Origin: Isurus oxyrinchus
Taxonomy: Eukaryota
Assembly (NCBI GenBank): GCA_026770705.1
Contig: JANJGN010000031.1
Coordinates: 1,178,001 to 1,242,000, forward strand
Length of the DNA stretch: 64,000 nt
Reading direction: 5' to 3'
Shown here: piece by piece, positions 51,310 through 62,055 of the stretch
Layout of the letters: every line of letters starts with the position of its first letter
How positions within the stretch are numbered: the first letter of the stretch is position 1
Position numbers and translations under genes: made by a program
The notes under the pieces: generated by a model
Databases searched by the model: none
What the model was told of the DNA's origin: nothing
The model's input: only the letters and a program-made list of their open reading frames with translations

Positions 51310-52090
51310 TCAAACCGCCCCCCTGAAGCAACCAACCCCCACCCACTCCACCACTCCTACACATCCCCACAACCGCCCCCACCCCGACACCACCCCCCAA
51401 AACACCCCAAAGCTCCACACAACCACCCTCCCACACCACTGTGCAAACACCCTCCACCCCATACCTCCCCATAGGCACCCACACCACCCGCACCCCCTCA
51501 GGACTATCCACCCACACCTCCCCACAACCGCCCCCCACGCCACACATCTCCTAAAAACCACCTCCATCCCACGCACCACCCCACAACTACTCCCAACACC
51601 AACACCTACCGATAGCCACCACCCACCCCGCACATCTCTAGCCAACTACCCCTCCCACACCTCCACACAACCAACGTAACTCCCCATACATCCCCACAGC
51701 CACCCCTTCCACGGCTCCCCACAACACCCCATCCCCACACTTCCCCACAGCTAGCCCCTAATTCCCAAACCTCCCTAAGTCGACCCCAAAACCCCACAGC
51801 TCCCCACAACCACCCCCTACCCACCGCACCTTCACCACAAACAAAGCCAATCCTCCGCGCATTCCGTCAGCCACCCATCCCAAGCATCCACACAAACCCC
51901 TCCCCACCCCCACAATGATGCCCCGCTCCCCACACCTCCCTAAGTCCACCCCAAAGCCCTGCACCTCCCCACAACCAGCCCCACCCCACACAACTTCCCC
52001 ACTACCATCCCATATCCCCACACACCGCCCCCCAAAGCCACCCCTACCACGAATGTGCCATCCCCTCCCCCCCCACCCCCCCCCCAACAC
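51310..52090 (+). repeat. C/A-rich low-complexity tract (G-run-rich on the - strand)
   Basis: composition, many C3-C7 runs. Confidence 0.85.
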
Positions 52091-52552
52091 TGCCCGCTCA
52101 TGATAGCGAATTTCACATTGTCATCAGTCTCGGCTTCAGTGAAGAGACAAATGTGCTGTGGCCAAATTAGTTGATGAAGTAAAGATATTAGGGAAACCAG
52201 GCTGGGAGGAGGGCACCTTGGCAGCCCCTGCCACTTCCGTGTTCCTGAGAGCTCCAACCCTAACAATATGATAATGCCCCCCGCCCCGTGCATTTTGATT
52301 AACATACACCCACAGCTCCCCACATCCCCCCACCCCCCCACTTCCATCATTCTGATTGCCCTAAGTCTCAGTGACAGACCAGCCTCACCCTCTGTACTAA
52401 GTGTAGTCAATAGTCATCCTGCTCCCTAGCAGTGTGGATAACAAGGCCTGGCGCCCTGAGAGCCATTCGCCTAAAACTGAATGGTTGAAGAAGGCTATCT
52501 TTTAATGATTAGGGGTTTTTTTCATGACGCAGAACTGTTCTCAAGCACTGTG

Positions 52553-53296
52553 CTCCATCTCTAGCTGCACAGTAATAAACTGCTGTGTCTGACCCTTTGA
52601 CGCTATTCAAGCGGAGCTTGGATTTCTTATCCCTCGCAGTTAGGGTGATGGTAAACCCGGCATTAATACCCTTTTTGTAGTTTTCTTGGCTCCCCATCAC
52701 TTTGTACCGGATCAGAGCGAGCCCTTCCCCGGGGCGTTGCCGATATCAGAGCATGGTAGTGCGGGCTGTTTGATTCTGGTAACAGTTCAGTTCAGCAGCT
52801 CGTAGTTCTTTGACGGCGGGTGCATCCGGCCACTGATGCAGCACACCTATCGAGGGACCATCTGCAAATAAATTTCGCACATTATTAAGTAAATGTTAGA
52901 CCAGGCAACCCTAAAGTTATCTTTGAGAAGAAGCTACCCTGTGAAATTAAGAGCAATTTCATTTGTCCCGTAGTGATACAAGCCTTTCCCCTTTTCACCT
53001 ACATATCAAGTCTCATTTTGAAAGTTACTATTGAATTTGCTTCCACTGCCCCTCCAGGCAACGAGTTGCAGGTCAAAACAACTCGCTGCCTGGTGCAAAA
53101 TCCGCCTTATTTCGCTCCCTCGTTCATTTGCCATATGCTTTAATGGCATGTTGTTACGTTCATCTCTTGCTGCGGCTTGTTTGTAAAATGTGCCTTTAAT
53201 AAGAGTCGCACAATTAACCCTACCGAGATGTCAATATGTCCCCTGCTTACATGGTACCAGAAGAAAAATGATGAGGGTGAGACAATCTGAAGGCAT
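52553..53296 (-). pseudogene. TRBV: inverted V-beta pseudogene 3 (single stop at the conserved Trp)
   Basis: leader MPSDCLTLIIFLLVP 53251-53296, donor gtaagc; V exon 52553-52861 VLHQWPDAPAVKELRAAELNCYQNQTARTTML*YRQRPGEGLALI...SDTAVYYCAARDG, TGA 52746-52748; RSS cacagtg(52552-52546)-23-aaaaaaacc(52522-52514). Confidence 0.94.
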
Positions 53297-53359
53297 CGTG
53301 GATTGACCCTGAATCCAAGGTCCATCAGGTGCATTGTCATTAAATGCTGTACTGCGTGA

Positions 53360-53420
53360 GGCCGCCTATGACGTTGATGCAACGTGAGTGCGTCAGATTG
53401 TAAAAGGATGAGGAAGTGCC
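53360..53420 (-). promoter_or_regulatory. V promoter with CRE-like and ETS motifs
   Basis: tgacgt 53369-53374, tgcgtca 53389-53395, gaggaagtg 53410-53418; about 70-120 bp upstream of the leader ATG. Confidence 0.5.
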
Positions 53421-55899
53421 AAACGGCGGCTTCAATCTCTCACACCAGCGAAATTCAAGCTTCGCATCTGCGTCTATGTGAAAGACCAGTGCAAATCTTG
53501 TCCTTATCGGCCACATCGCAATATATCCTTTCAGCAAGATGTAAATTCAACCCTGAGCGCTAGTGTAAAGTGAGTGCCCAGACCTCGCATTATTCCTCCT
53601 GGATTCCAACTTGAGCTACTCAGGGGATCACAAGTGTATCCAAGAATCACTGCAAGGAGTGAAAAGAAGAAAGGAATAGATGGGTAGCATGCCGTGGGGT
53701 GGGCGGGAAGGCAACCTCATGTGGATCACAAACGCCGGAACAGAAATTTGAACTTAGATAACGCCGTTACTGTTATCAGACGCTCCAGGGCACGTCAAAG
53801 AGACATTATTAAACAAAATATGACACCGAAACACAGGGGACCAAAAGCTTAACCAAAGAGGTTGGCTTTAAGGAGTGTCTTGTAGGAAGAAAGTGGGGTG
53901 AACCAGGGACCTAGACAGATTAGATGGTGAGAAAATGTTCCCGTGTGTGAAGGGGTGGAGTACGAGATGTAAAGTTAAGTCTGGAATCCACTGCCTGAGG
54001 GACTGGTGGAGGTAGGTTCAATCAAAGCATTCAAAATGCAGTGAGATCTATCTGAAGCGGAAGAATGTGCAGGGTGACGGGGGGGATGGCAGGAGAATTG
54101 CAGAAGAGAATGAAATTTCTCATTTGCAGTGATGGTGTAGCAGGATGGCCCAAATGGTCTCCTTCTGAGCTGTAAAAATTCTGTGAGCAGGGTAGGAGGG
54201 AACAGCAGAGCCTGAGGCCCAAGGAACTGAAGGAACCAATGGCGTAGTGATTATAATGGCGGATTCTCAGAATTAGAGAAGCACAGTTGCCTCGCAGGGC
54301 ATTGGGACTGGAGAAATTACGGAGACAGGGACGGGAGAGGCAATGGAAGCATTTCAAAGCAAGGATGTGGATTTTGAAATCAAGACTTTACTTGACTGAG
54401 TGTCAATGTACGTCAGCGAGCAAGGAGTGATGGGGAAATAAGACTCTGTGCAAGTGAAGACATGGGCATCAGAGTTTTGGATGACCTCCAGTTTACAGAG
54501 GGTGCAATGTGGCAGAGCAGCCAGGGGTGTGGTGGAATATGAAAGCCTATTTGGAGCAAAGACATGGATGAGAATTTCAGCAGCAGGTGATTGAGAAAAA
54601 GGAGTTGTGCAACATCAAGGGTTTGCAGGGGTGGAAATAGGTGGTTTTACTGCTGACACAACAGGAGGCGGAGCGTTCATCTCGGCGTGAAAAATGACCC
54701 AACGTCAATGAATAGATGGGTTTAATTCCAGATTGCAGCGAGGGAGAGAGATGGAGTCAATAGGTGGGTAAGGGAGTTTGCAGAGGGACTGGAAACAAGA
54801 TCTTCAGTCGTCCCACTATTTAACTGGACTGAATTTCTCTTCATGCAGTACTGGATGTCAGATGAGTCGTCTGATAATATAGCACCAATGGAGGCGGTGA
54901 GGGAGGTCCTGGTGAAGGGGAGGTGCTGATAGGGTGAAGTGGAGATAGATGGGAAGGGTTTATATGGATGATAAGCATTGGTTACCTGGGTGCAATCGCC
55001 CACTTTGCAAAGCAGAAACTTTATAAAATAAATAATAAGATCAGCTGAGGTTGGATGGGTGAATATTACTGACCTACATGTATTGTGTTTAAGCCATTTA
55101 AAGATAGCGGCACCATGAGGGTCTGGGGTTAACCAAGCCTCTGTCATCTCTTAGTTAATCTCAGACGTTTCCACTCCAAAAACATGAGATTGCCCAAACC
55201 CCAGTTTCCCTGAACCTTAACACCACCACCACCCTCTCGCCCCCCACCACACCAATGTCCATAGATTTACTTTGGCTCCTGGTCAGGCAATGTCTCGATT
55301 TTGAATTATTCTTGTGTACAAATATTCTCATAGCCACGTCCCCTCCTTTCGCTGTAAACTCCTCCAGCCCATACAGCTCCCCCTATTCCAGGAAACTCCT
55401 TCAGTCTCTACAACCCTCCCTATCTCTGTAATCTCCTCCTGTAGATATAACCCCCTCGATCTCTGTATTGTCCTCGAGCCTATGCAAAACTCCTTACATA
55501 TATAATAGCTCTTCCAGCCCATACGACTCTCTGTATCTCTGGAAACTCTTCCAGCTCCAAAAACCTTTCGTATCTTTGCAATCTACTCCAGCTCCTAGAA
55601 CCATCCAAGATCTCTGCAACCCTCAATTCTGGCCGCCTGAGCATCCATCTGATTTCCATTACTCCATCATGGCTCTCCACGCCTGGGAACTTAAGTTCTG
55701 GAATTTCACCCTAAAGGGTCAAGATTCTCTCTCCTCCTTTAAAGTGTTTCTTAACTCTCTACACATTGATCATTTTTTGTTTAATTCTCCAGATCCCTTC
55801 TCATGTAGTTATATGGCAAGTTGTATCTTTCTGGTTAATGATTCCGTGCAGCTGGTTCATTTACAAAAAGAACATTAGTGAGTTTACATATTACAGAGC

Positions 55900-56975
55900 A
55901 GCATTGTCAGTGGGTCGGTACTGACGGAGTGCTGCAGGATCAGAGCGTCAGTACTGAGGGAATGCTGCACTGCCAGAGGGTCGCTACTGAGGAAGTGCTA
56001 CACTGTGAGAGGGTCAACACATAGGGAGCACTGCACTGCCAGGGGGTCGGTACTGACGGAGTGCTGCAGTGCCAGAAGATCATTGCTGAGGAAACGTTTC
56101 ACTGTCAGATTGTCAGCACTGAGTGAATGCTGCACTGCCTGAGTCTCAGCACTGATGGAGTGCTGCACTGTTCGAGGATCAGTACTGAGGGAGTGCTAAT
56201 CTGTTGGAGGATCAGTACTGAGGGAGTGCTGAACAGTGAGGCTCAGCACCGAGAGAGTGTTGCACTGCCGGAGGTTCAGTGCTGAGGGGATGCTACACTG
56301 ATTAAGGATCAGGACTGTGGGAGCGCTGCATAGTTGGAGTGTCACTACTGAGGTAGTGCTGCAAAGCCTGAGGGTGAGCACCGAGGGAGCGTTCCATTGT
56401 TGGGTGGTCAGAACTGACAGAATGCTCCACAGTTGGAGTGTCCATACTCAGAGATCGTTGCACAGCTTGACGGTCAGTACTGAGGGGCCGCTGCACTCTT
56501 GGAAGGTCTATCCTGAGGGAGTGCTTCAATGTCTGAGGGTCAGTACTGTGGGAGTGATGCACTGTCGGAGGGTCAGTACTGAGGGAGTGCTGCACTGTCT
56601 GAGATTCAGTACTAAGAAAGATCTGCATTTGCTGAGCGTCAGTAAAGAAGAAGTGCTGCTTTGTGGACGTTTCATTAAAAGAGATCGTTGTGCTCTCAGT
56701 GGGAGATAATGAGGAGAGCTGTACCGTTGGAGGGTCAGTACTGAGAGAGTGCTGCACAGCCTGTGGGTCAGTACCGATTAAGGTATGCATATTCTGAGGG
56801 TCAGTACAGATGCAGTGCTGTACTGTCTCAGGGTCACTAGTGAGGGAGCGTTGTACTATCAGAGGGAGGTACTGGGGGAGTGCTGCACTGCTAGAGGGAG
56901 GTACTGAGGTTGTGCTGTTTTTTTTTCAGAGTTTTCCGTATGAGGCGTTCATCCGAGGCCCCGTCTCTTCTCTTG
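55900..56975 (+). repeat. large 33-bp minisatellite array expanded from a SINE core (DeuSINE/SacSINE-like)
   Basis: about 30 degenerate units of cagtactgagggagtgctgcactgtcggagggt, running into tccgtatgaggcgttcatccgaggccccgtct. Confidence 0.85.
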
Positions 56976-57473
56976 GGGGATCTGTACCCAGCTCCTCCGC
57001 TCCTATTGAGGGAGCAGCTGGAAACACTGGGCCTTCGTTCACAACAAGGCATCTTCGCTGAAAGGCACATAATCTGGTTATATCTTTCATTCTTTCTCTG
57101 TGGGATCTTACTGTGTCCCAAAATTTCAAAAGTCACGAGAGGGTTTTTCTTTGATGGGGAGGTATTTTACCGGTAGATCTATGGAAGAGAATCAAAGTTA
57201 GCGTTTCAGGACAAGGACTATTCTTCCAAACCTTAACTGGAAATGTTAACTCTGTTCCTCTCTCTACAGATGATGCTGAGTATTTCCAGCATTTTTCATT
57301 CATATTTCACATTTCCTGCATCCGGAATATTTTGTATTTTGTTTTATATTATGGGCTGGGGCGTGTCGAGGTTGTGAAAGTGGCTACAGAAATGCAGGCT
57401 CTATCTCTCTTCCATTGCGTTACGAGGTGGTGAGGGTTTTTGAAGGGTCGTTACCCCATACTACACCGCTGTG

Positions 57474-58972
57474 CATCACTTGAGGCACAGAAATACATTG
57501 CCGTGTCTGCAGGTGAGGCGCTCGGGAACTTCAAAGCAGAGTTTCTATCACCGTAACCAGTGATTTCAAACCGGGTTTGTTCCACCACGTAATGGATCGT
57601 ACCTCCGATCCGAATGTACCCGATCAACGTGAAACCCTGACCAGCTGAATGGCGGTACCAGAGCATGGCTTGAGGAGTGGATTCCCGTTCATTGCAGTTA
57701 ATTGTTGCCAGCTCGCCCTCTGCTACCACCAATGTGAGTGGAGTTTGCAGAGGCCGCAATCCTTGCGTTAGATCTAAGAAGAACAATGAAGCGGTTCATC
57801 GAATCTTAATGCAGATTAAGAGCCATTCGGCTATCCGCAATTAAACATCAGTAGTGATGCAAGCACGTGCGGACAGTTTCCACTTTACGCTGGCTTTATT
57901 ATTCATTCAAAAAACAATAAAAACATCAATTTATTTTTGAACCAGTGGAATATTAATCGACGCTTACAACCCCCATTCAGGCGATCATCAAATCCATTGA
58001 CTGAATGTTAGCCGGGTATCAAAGATTAGTAGTTTAGTCTAATCGAATTGTTCATGTCAACACTGATGTTATTTGTAAGAACATAAAATTGTTTCCCGCC
58101 GGCTCTCTATATCCCTTATGCCCTGATAAATCAAACATCTACCCATCGCAGCCTTGAATATACTCAGTAATGCAGGAAATACAACCCTCTGGGTTACAGA
58201 ATTCCAAGTGCTCACAGCCCTTTGAGCGAAGAGATTTCTCCTCACCTCAACCCTAAATGGTCGGCGCCTTATCCCGAGGTGGTTACCCCATGTTATAGAT
58301 TCCCCAGCCAGGAGAATAGAACCTCTCAGTGTATTATCTTTTCAAACCATTTCAGAAGTCTATGAGTTTCAGCAAAATCAACTCTAATTCTTCTAAACAC
58401 TGGAGAGCATATTTCTAAATTATTCAGTATCGGAACACAGGACCTTCCTGTCATTCCAGAGACGAATCCAGTCAACTTTCTCAATGCTGCCTACAATGGT
58501 TCTTTCTAGATGCAAACCAAAATTGGACGCAGTTCTCGTGGTATCGTCTCACCAAGGCCCTGTATAGTCTTAGTTACTTGTGTACACCATTCCCGAACAG
58601 TAAAGGCCGACATTCGATTTGCCTTCCTCATCACTTCTTGTAACGTGGGCGCTAGATTCTGTGTTCCTTGCACAAGTGCACCCAGGTCTCCCGGAATATA
58701 AGCATTTGGAGGTTTCACGCCTCTCGCAAGTGAATAAACTCACATCCCCCATATTATTTTCCCATCTTCTACGTTTTTACCTATTCACTTCACCTGTGTA
58801 TGCCTCTGCAGCTTTTGTCACGCCGCAGCTTACTGAGGAAGGTCTGTATTTTCTCAACAAACTTGGACAGATTTCTCCCGGTCTCTTCGCCCTAGTATGT
58901 AATATAATCGTACGGAGGATACTTATACGGCAGAAGTTGTATAGAGATAAAAGAGATACAACATATTTGCAT
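57474..58972 (-). pseudogene. TRBV: inverted V-beta 4: open V exon but leader splice donor mutated (ORF/pseudogene)
   Basis: V exon 57474-57773 LTQGLRPLQTPLTLVVAEGELATINCNERESTPQAMLWYRHSAGQGFTLIGY...ADTAMYFCASSD with both Cys and the Trp intact; RSS cacagcg(57473-57467)-23-tcaaaaacc(57443-57435); inferred leader MQICCISFISIQLLP 58927-58972 followed by ATAAGT instead of GTAAGT. Confidence 0.88.
58085..58850 (-). mobile_element. decayed CR1-type LINE in the V4 leader intron
   Basis: DLGALVQGTQNL...RKANRMSAF; CR1 3' UTR motifs. Confidence 0.7.
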
Positions 58973-59809
58973 ATTTGGATGGAAAAATGCTAAAATTGAG
59001 GGCTGCAATGAACGTGTCCTCATGCCAAGTGACTCGATTTCTGACTGAAACTGCAGGTCAGTGCAGATATGCACCCAAGACCTACCCCGGAAATGTCGTT
59101 CTTCTAGATGCTGTAGCCACGTTAATGATAAACAGGTGTAACAATGTGCTCCCGTGTGTTTTCCTGGAATTTTAAAGCATGTTGAAATTAGCCTTGGCTT
59201 GGGTGCACACTGCATTGTGAGCCAGCCTATAATCTATATGTAACTTAATAAAAAAGTGCCAGAAAGGTTGCACAGGAGCGTTCGCCATAACCCTTTGAAC
59301 ACAGAGCAGCGTATATCGTTGTAGCTCATTAAGTAGCCGTCTGGCCTCCGGGCGGTCGTACATTAAAGACCGGCCTCAGATACTAGAGTACAAGTATCTA
59401 AGCGGATATTGCAATGTAGAGCTGAGGGCTTGCTGAACTGTCTGTGGGGCAGTATGAAGCGAGTGCAGCGTTTCAGCAGGTTGAGTGCTAAGGCGTCTTA
59501 GGTGTTGACACACAGAATGTTCGGGGAAATATTTTCACCCTTAATTAACAAGATTGAAATGTTGCTATATGTGGGAGTTTATAGCGTAAATTTGAGACGC
59601 TATCTCCGAGATGACAGCAATGCCTGAACTTTAAAATAGCTGATTTATTGGCTATAAGGGGCTTTGGGGGGATGCCAAGGTTATGCAGAGTGGCACAGAA
59701 ACGGCTGATTACGATAGGTCAAAGGGCTGCGCATGTGCAGCCATACCCACAGTGCACATGGTGCCGAGGAGGTGTTGATGTCAGCCTGTGACAAGTTTGT
59801 ACCGCTGTG

Positions 59810-60088
59810 CCAATAGATGGCAGAGTCTGTCAGCTCGGGGTTGTTCAGTTGCAGGGTGAATTTATTGCTTCCAACATCGAGCGGGGCGGCGATTCGCTTC
59901 TCGAAATCGGGCCCAGACATCGTGCCCGCTGCATATCCACTTCATCGCGGCTCCCTCTTTCCGCTACCAAAACATACAGTAGAGAGTCATGCTAGCTCCC
60001 TCCAGACTGCAGCCCAGACTGAAGGGCTGTCCCGGGCGGATGACAGACGCCGATGGAAACTGGACCACAGAGGGTGCAGCTCGAACCC
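59810..60088 (-). pseudogene. inverted V pseudogene 5 with IgH-V-like features, truncated at the RSS
   Basis: PSVVQFPSASVIRPGQPFSLGCSLEGASMTLYCMFW*RKEGAAMKWICSGHDV/GPDFEKRIAAPLDVGSNKFTLQLNNPELTDSAIYW, followed directly by cacagcg(59809-59803)-23-atcaacacc(59779-59771); TAG 59964-59966; frameshift; decayed leader probably about 60995-61049 with donor gtaaga. Confidence 0.88.
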
Positions 60089-60389
60089 CTAGACCAGAGT
60101 TAAAGAAAGAAACACGGCTTAGAAAACAGGATGATCCAGGAAAAAAGGCCATTCCGCCTACCATGACGCTGCTAGCTCTTTAAAAGGACTGTCCAATTAC
60201 TCCCACCCTCTGCCGCTTGCCCTCAGCTCTGCAAATTCCATCTTCACCTTTTAATTATGTACCTATTTAGTTTTTAATCGTATTACAGTTTACATAGATT
60301 CACGCATTTCCCCGTATTTTATCGTCGGTGGAGAATATTTGAGAGGTTAACACTTAAAATAGATCGAATGTCCCACCAATAAGGTAAGA

Positions 60390-60938
60390 CAAAAGCAAAC
60401 AACTGCGGATGCTGCAAATCCAAAACAAAAACAAAAATACCTGGAAAAACTCAGCCGGTCTGGCAGCATCTGTGGAGAGGCGCACAGTCATCTGTGGAGA
60501 GGCGCACAGTTAACGTTTCGAGTCCACATGACTCTTCAACAGAACTAAGTAAAAATAAAAAAGAGGTGAAATATAACTTAGTTTATGTGGGGGGGGGGGG
60601 GGGCAAGAAGAGCTGAATAGAGGGCCAGTGATAGGTGGAGATAACCAAAAGATGTCACAGACAAAAAGGAAGGACACCTTCAACACCTCTTTGTCCTTTT
60701 GTCTGTGAGATCTTTTGGTTATCTCCACCCATCACTGGCCCTCTATCCAGCCTTTCTTGTCCCACCCACCACCACCCCCCCCCCCCCCCCCCCCCCACTT
60801 AAACCTACTTATTTGTCACCTCTTTTCTATTTTTACTTAGTTCTGTTGAAGGGTTATTCGGAGTCGAAACGTTAAGTGTTCTCCTCTCCACAGATGCTGC
60901 CAGACCTGCTGAGTTTTTTCCAGGTATTTTTGTTTTTG
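60390..60938. mobile_element. Penelope-derived inverted-repeat insertion with 12-bp target-site duplication, in the V5 intron
   Basis: aataaggtaaga at 60378-60389 and 60939-60950; the two halves are reverse complements of the Penelope 3' terminal region. Confidence 0.85.
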
Positions 60939-61069
60939 AATAAGGTAAGAAAGCTGAAGGACATTCTAGACGAGAAACCCATCGCATTTCTTACGAGGCG
61001 ACACGGAGGAATAAGGTGCAAACACAATGAAAATTCAGCCAGATGCAATCGAACTGCGCCTGAAGATCG

Positions 61070-61195
61070 GACAACCAATCGCGTGTTTGGACCACACAGA
61101 TCAACAGCCTGAACCAATGAGAAGCGTATAATTCGCTTATGATGGATTTTTGTTTTTGAGAAATCAGTACAGAAGGCCACCTGTGATGTCAAAAG
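61070..61195 (-). promoter_or_regulatory. candidate V5 promoter
   Basis: tgtgatgtca 61182-61191 resembles the V-beta CRE-like decamer AGTGAYRTCA; two ccaat motifs near 61075 and 61114. Confidence 0.45.
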
Positions 61196-61399
61196 GACAT
61201 TTTCGGAGGAGGAAATAATTAGAAATGCTTCTCTATCAACCGAGATATCGCTCTGAAGAAGAGAAAATGAGTTGGACATTGCATTGGCTAATTGTGGAAT
61301 TTTCCTCTGTCGACAGTCCGCTGCCTTTCCTACATTATGGGGGTACCTGGTCTTCCAAAACGTAGTAGCAGAGCACAGGGAGTGAACAAGGCATATGAA

Positions 61400-62055
61400 C
61401 TGTTGGCTTCGTAAAGAGATATGTTGAGCACAAAACGCGAACGTTATAGGAGCTCTTTATAAAGTTCTGTTTGAGCAATATCTCGAGTATTGCGTCCAGT
61501 TCTGGTCACCAGACGTTAGGATGTGAGAGTCCTTGAGAAGATGCAGAGGGGATTTAGCCAATTTGGTTCAGGTTGATTCTCACGTGTCGGACTTCTGCAC
61601 CGTGATTCTGTGATTCTGTTTGATTCTGCGAGGGCAATTTCATGATTTGGTTAGGTTGAGGAAGCTGGGACTGTTCGCCTTGGAACAAAGGAGATTGAGG
61701 GCAGAAGATGAGGACAGGTTTGGATAAGTTTGACAAAGAAAAGATGGTTCCATTGGCTGATGGTGCAAGAACGAGGGAACACTGGTATAAAGTTTTTTTG
61801 CTGGGGGAACGTGGGGAAGAACTCCTTGACGCAGCGAGTGGGGATGCCTTGAAAATCGTTGCCTTCAAGGCAGTGGAACCGGAGATGATCGCAATCAACT
61901 CCAAAGGTAATTGGATGGGTACTTGAGGGAAGTAAACTGCAGAGCCACAGGGAAGGAGCGGGGTGAATGGCACTGACAGGACTGCTCTGCAGAGAGCCGG
62001 TGTGGACTTGATGGGCCGAATAGACGCCTTCTATCCCGCATTGAGCTATGACTAG
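61400..62055 (+). mobile_element. CR1-type LINE 3' fragment
   Basis: ctcgagtattgcgtccagttctggtcacca...GLDKFDKEKMVPLADGARTREH. Confidence 0.7.

Noticed and set aside
55900-56910. regularly spaced 33-bp repeats as a CRISPR-like array
   Set aside because: head-to-tail degenerate tandem units without unique spacers, in vertebrate DNA; SINE-derived minisatellite
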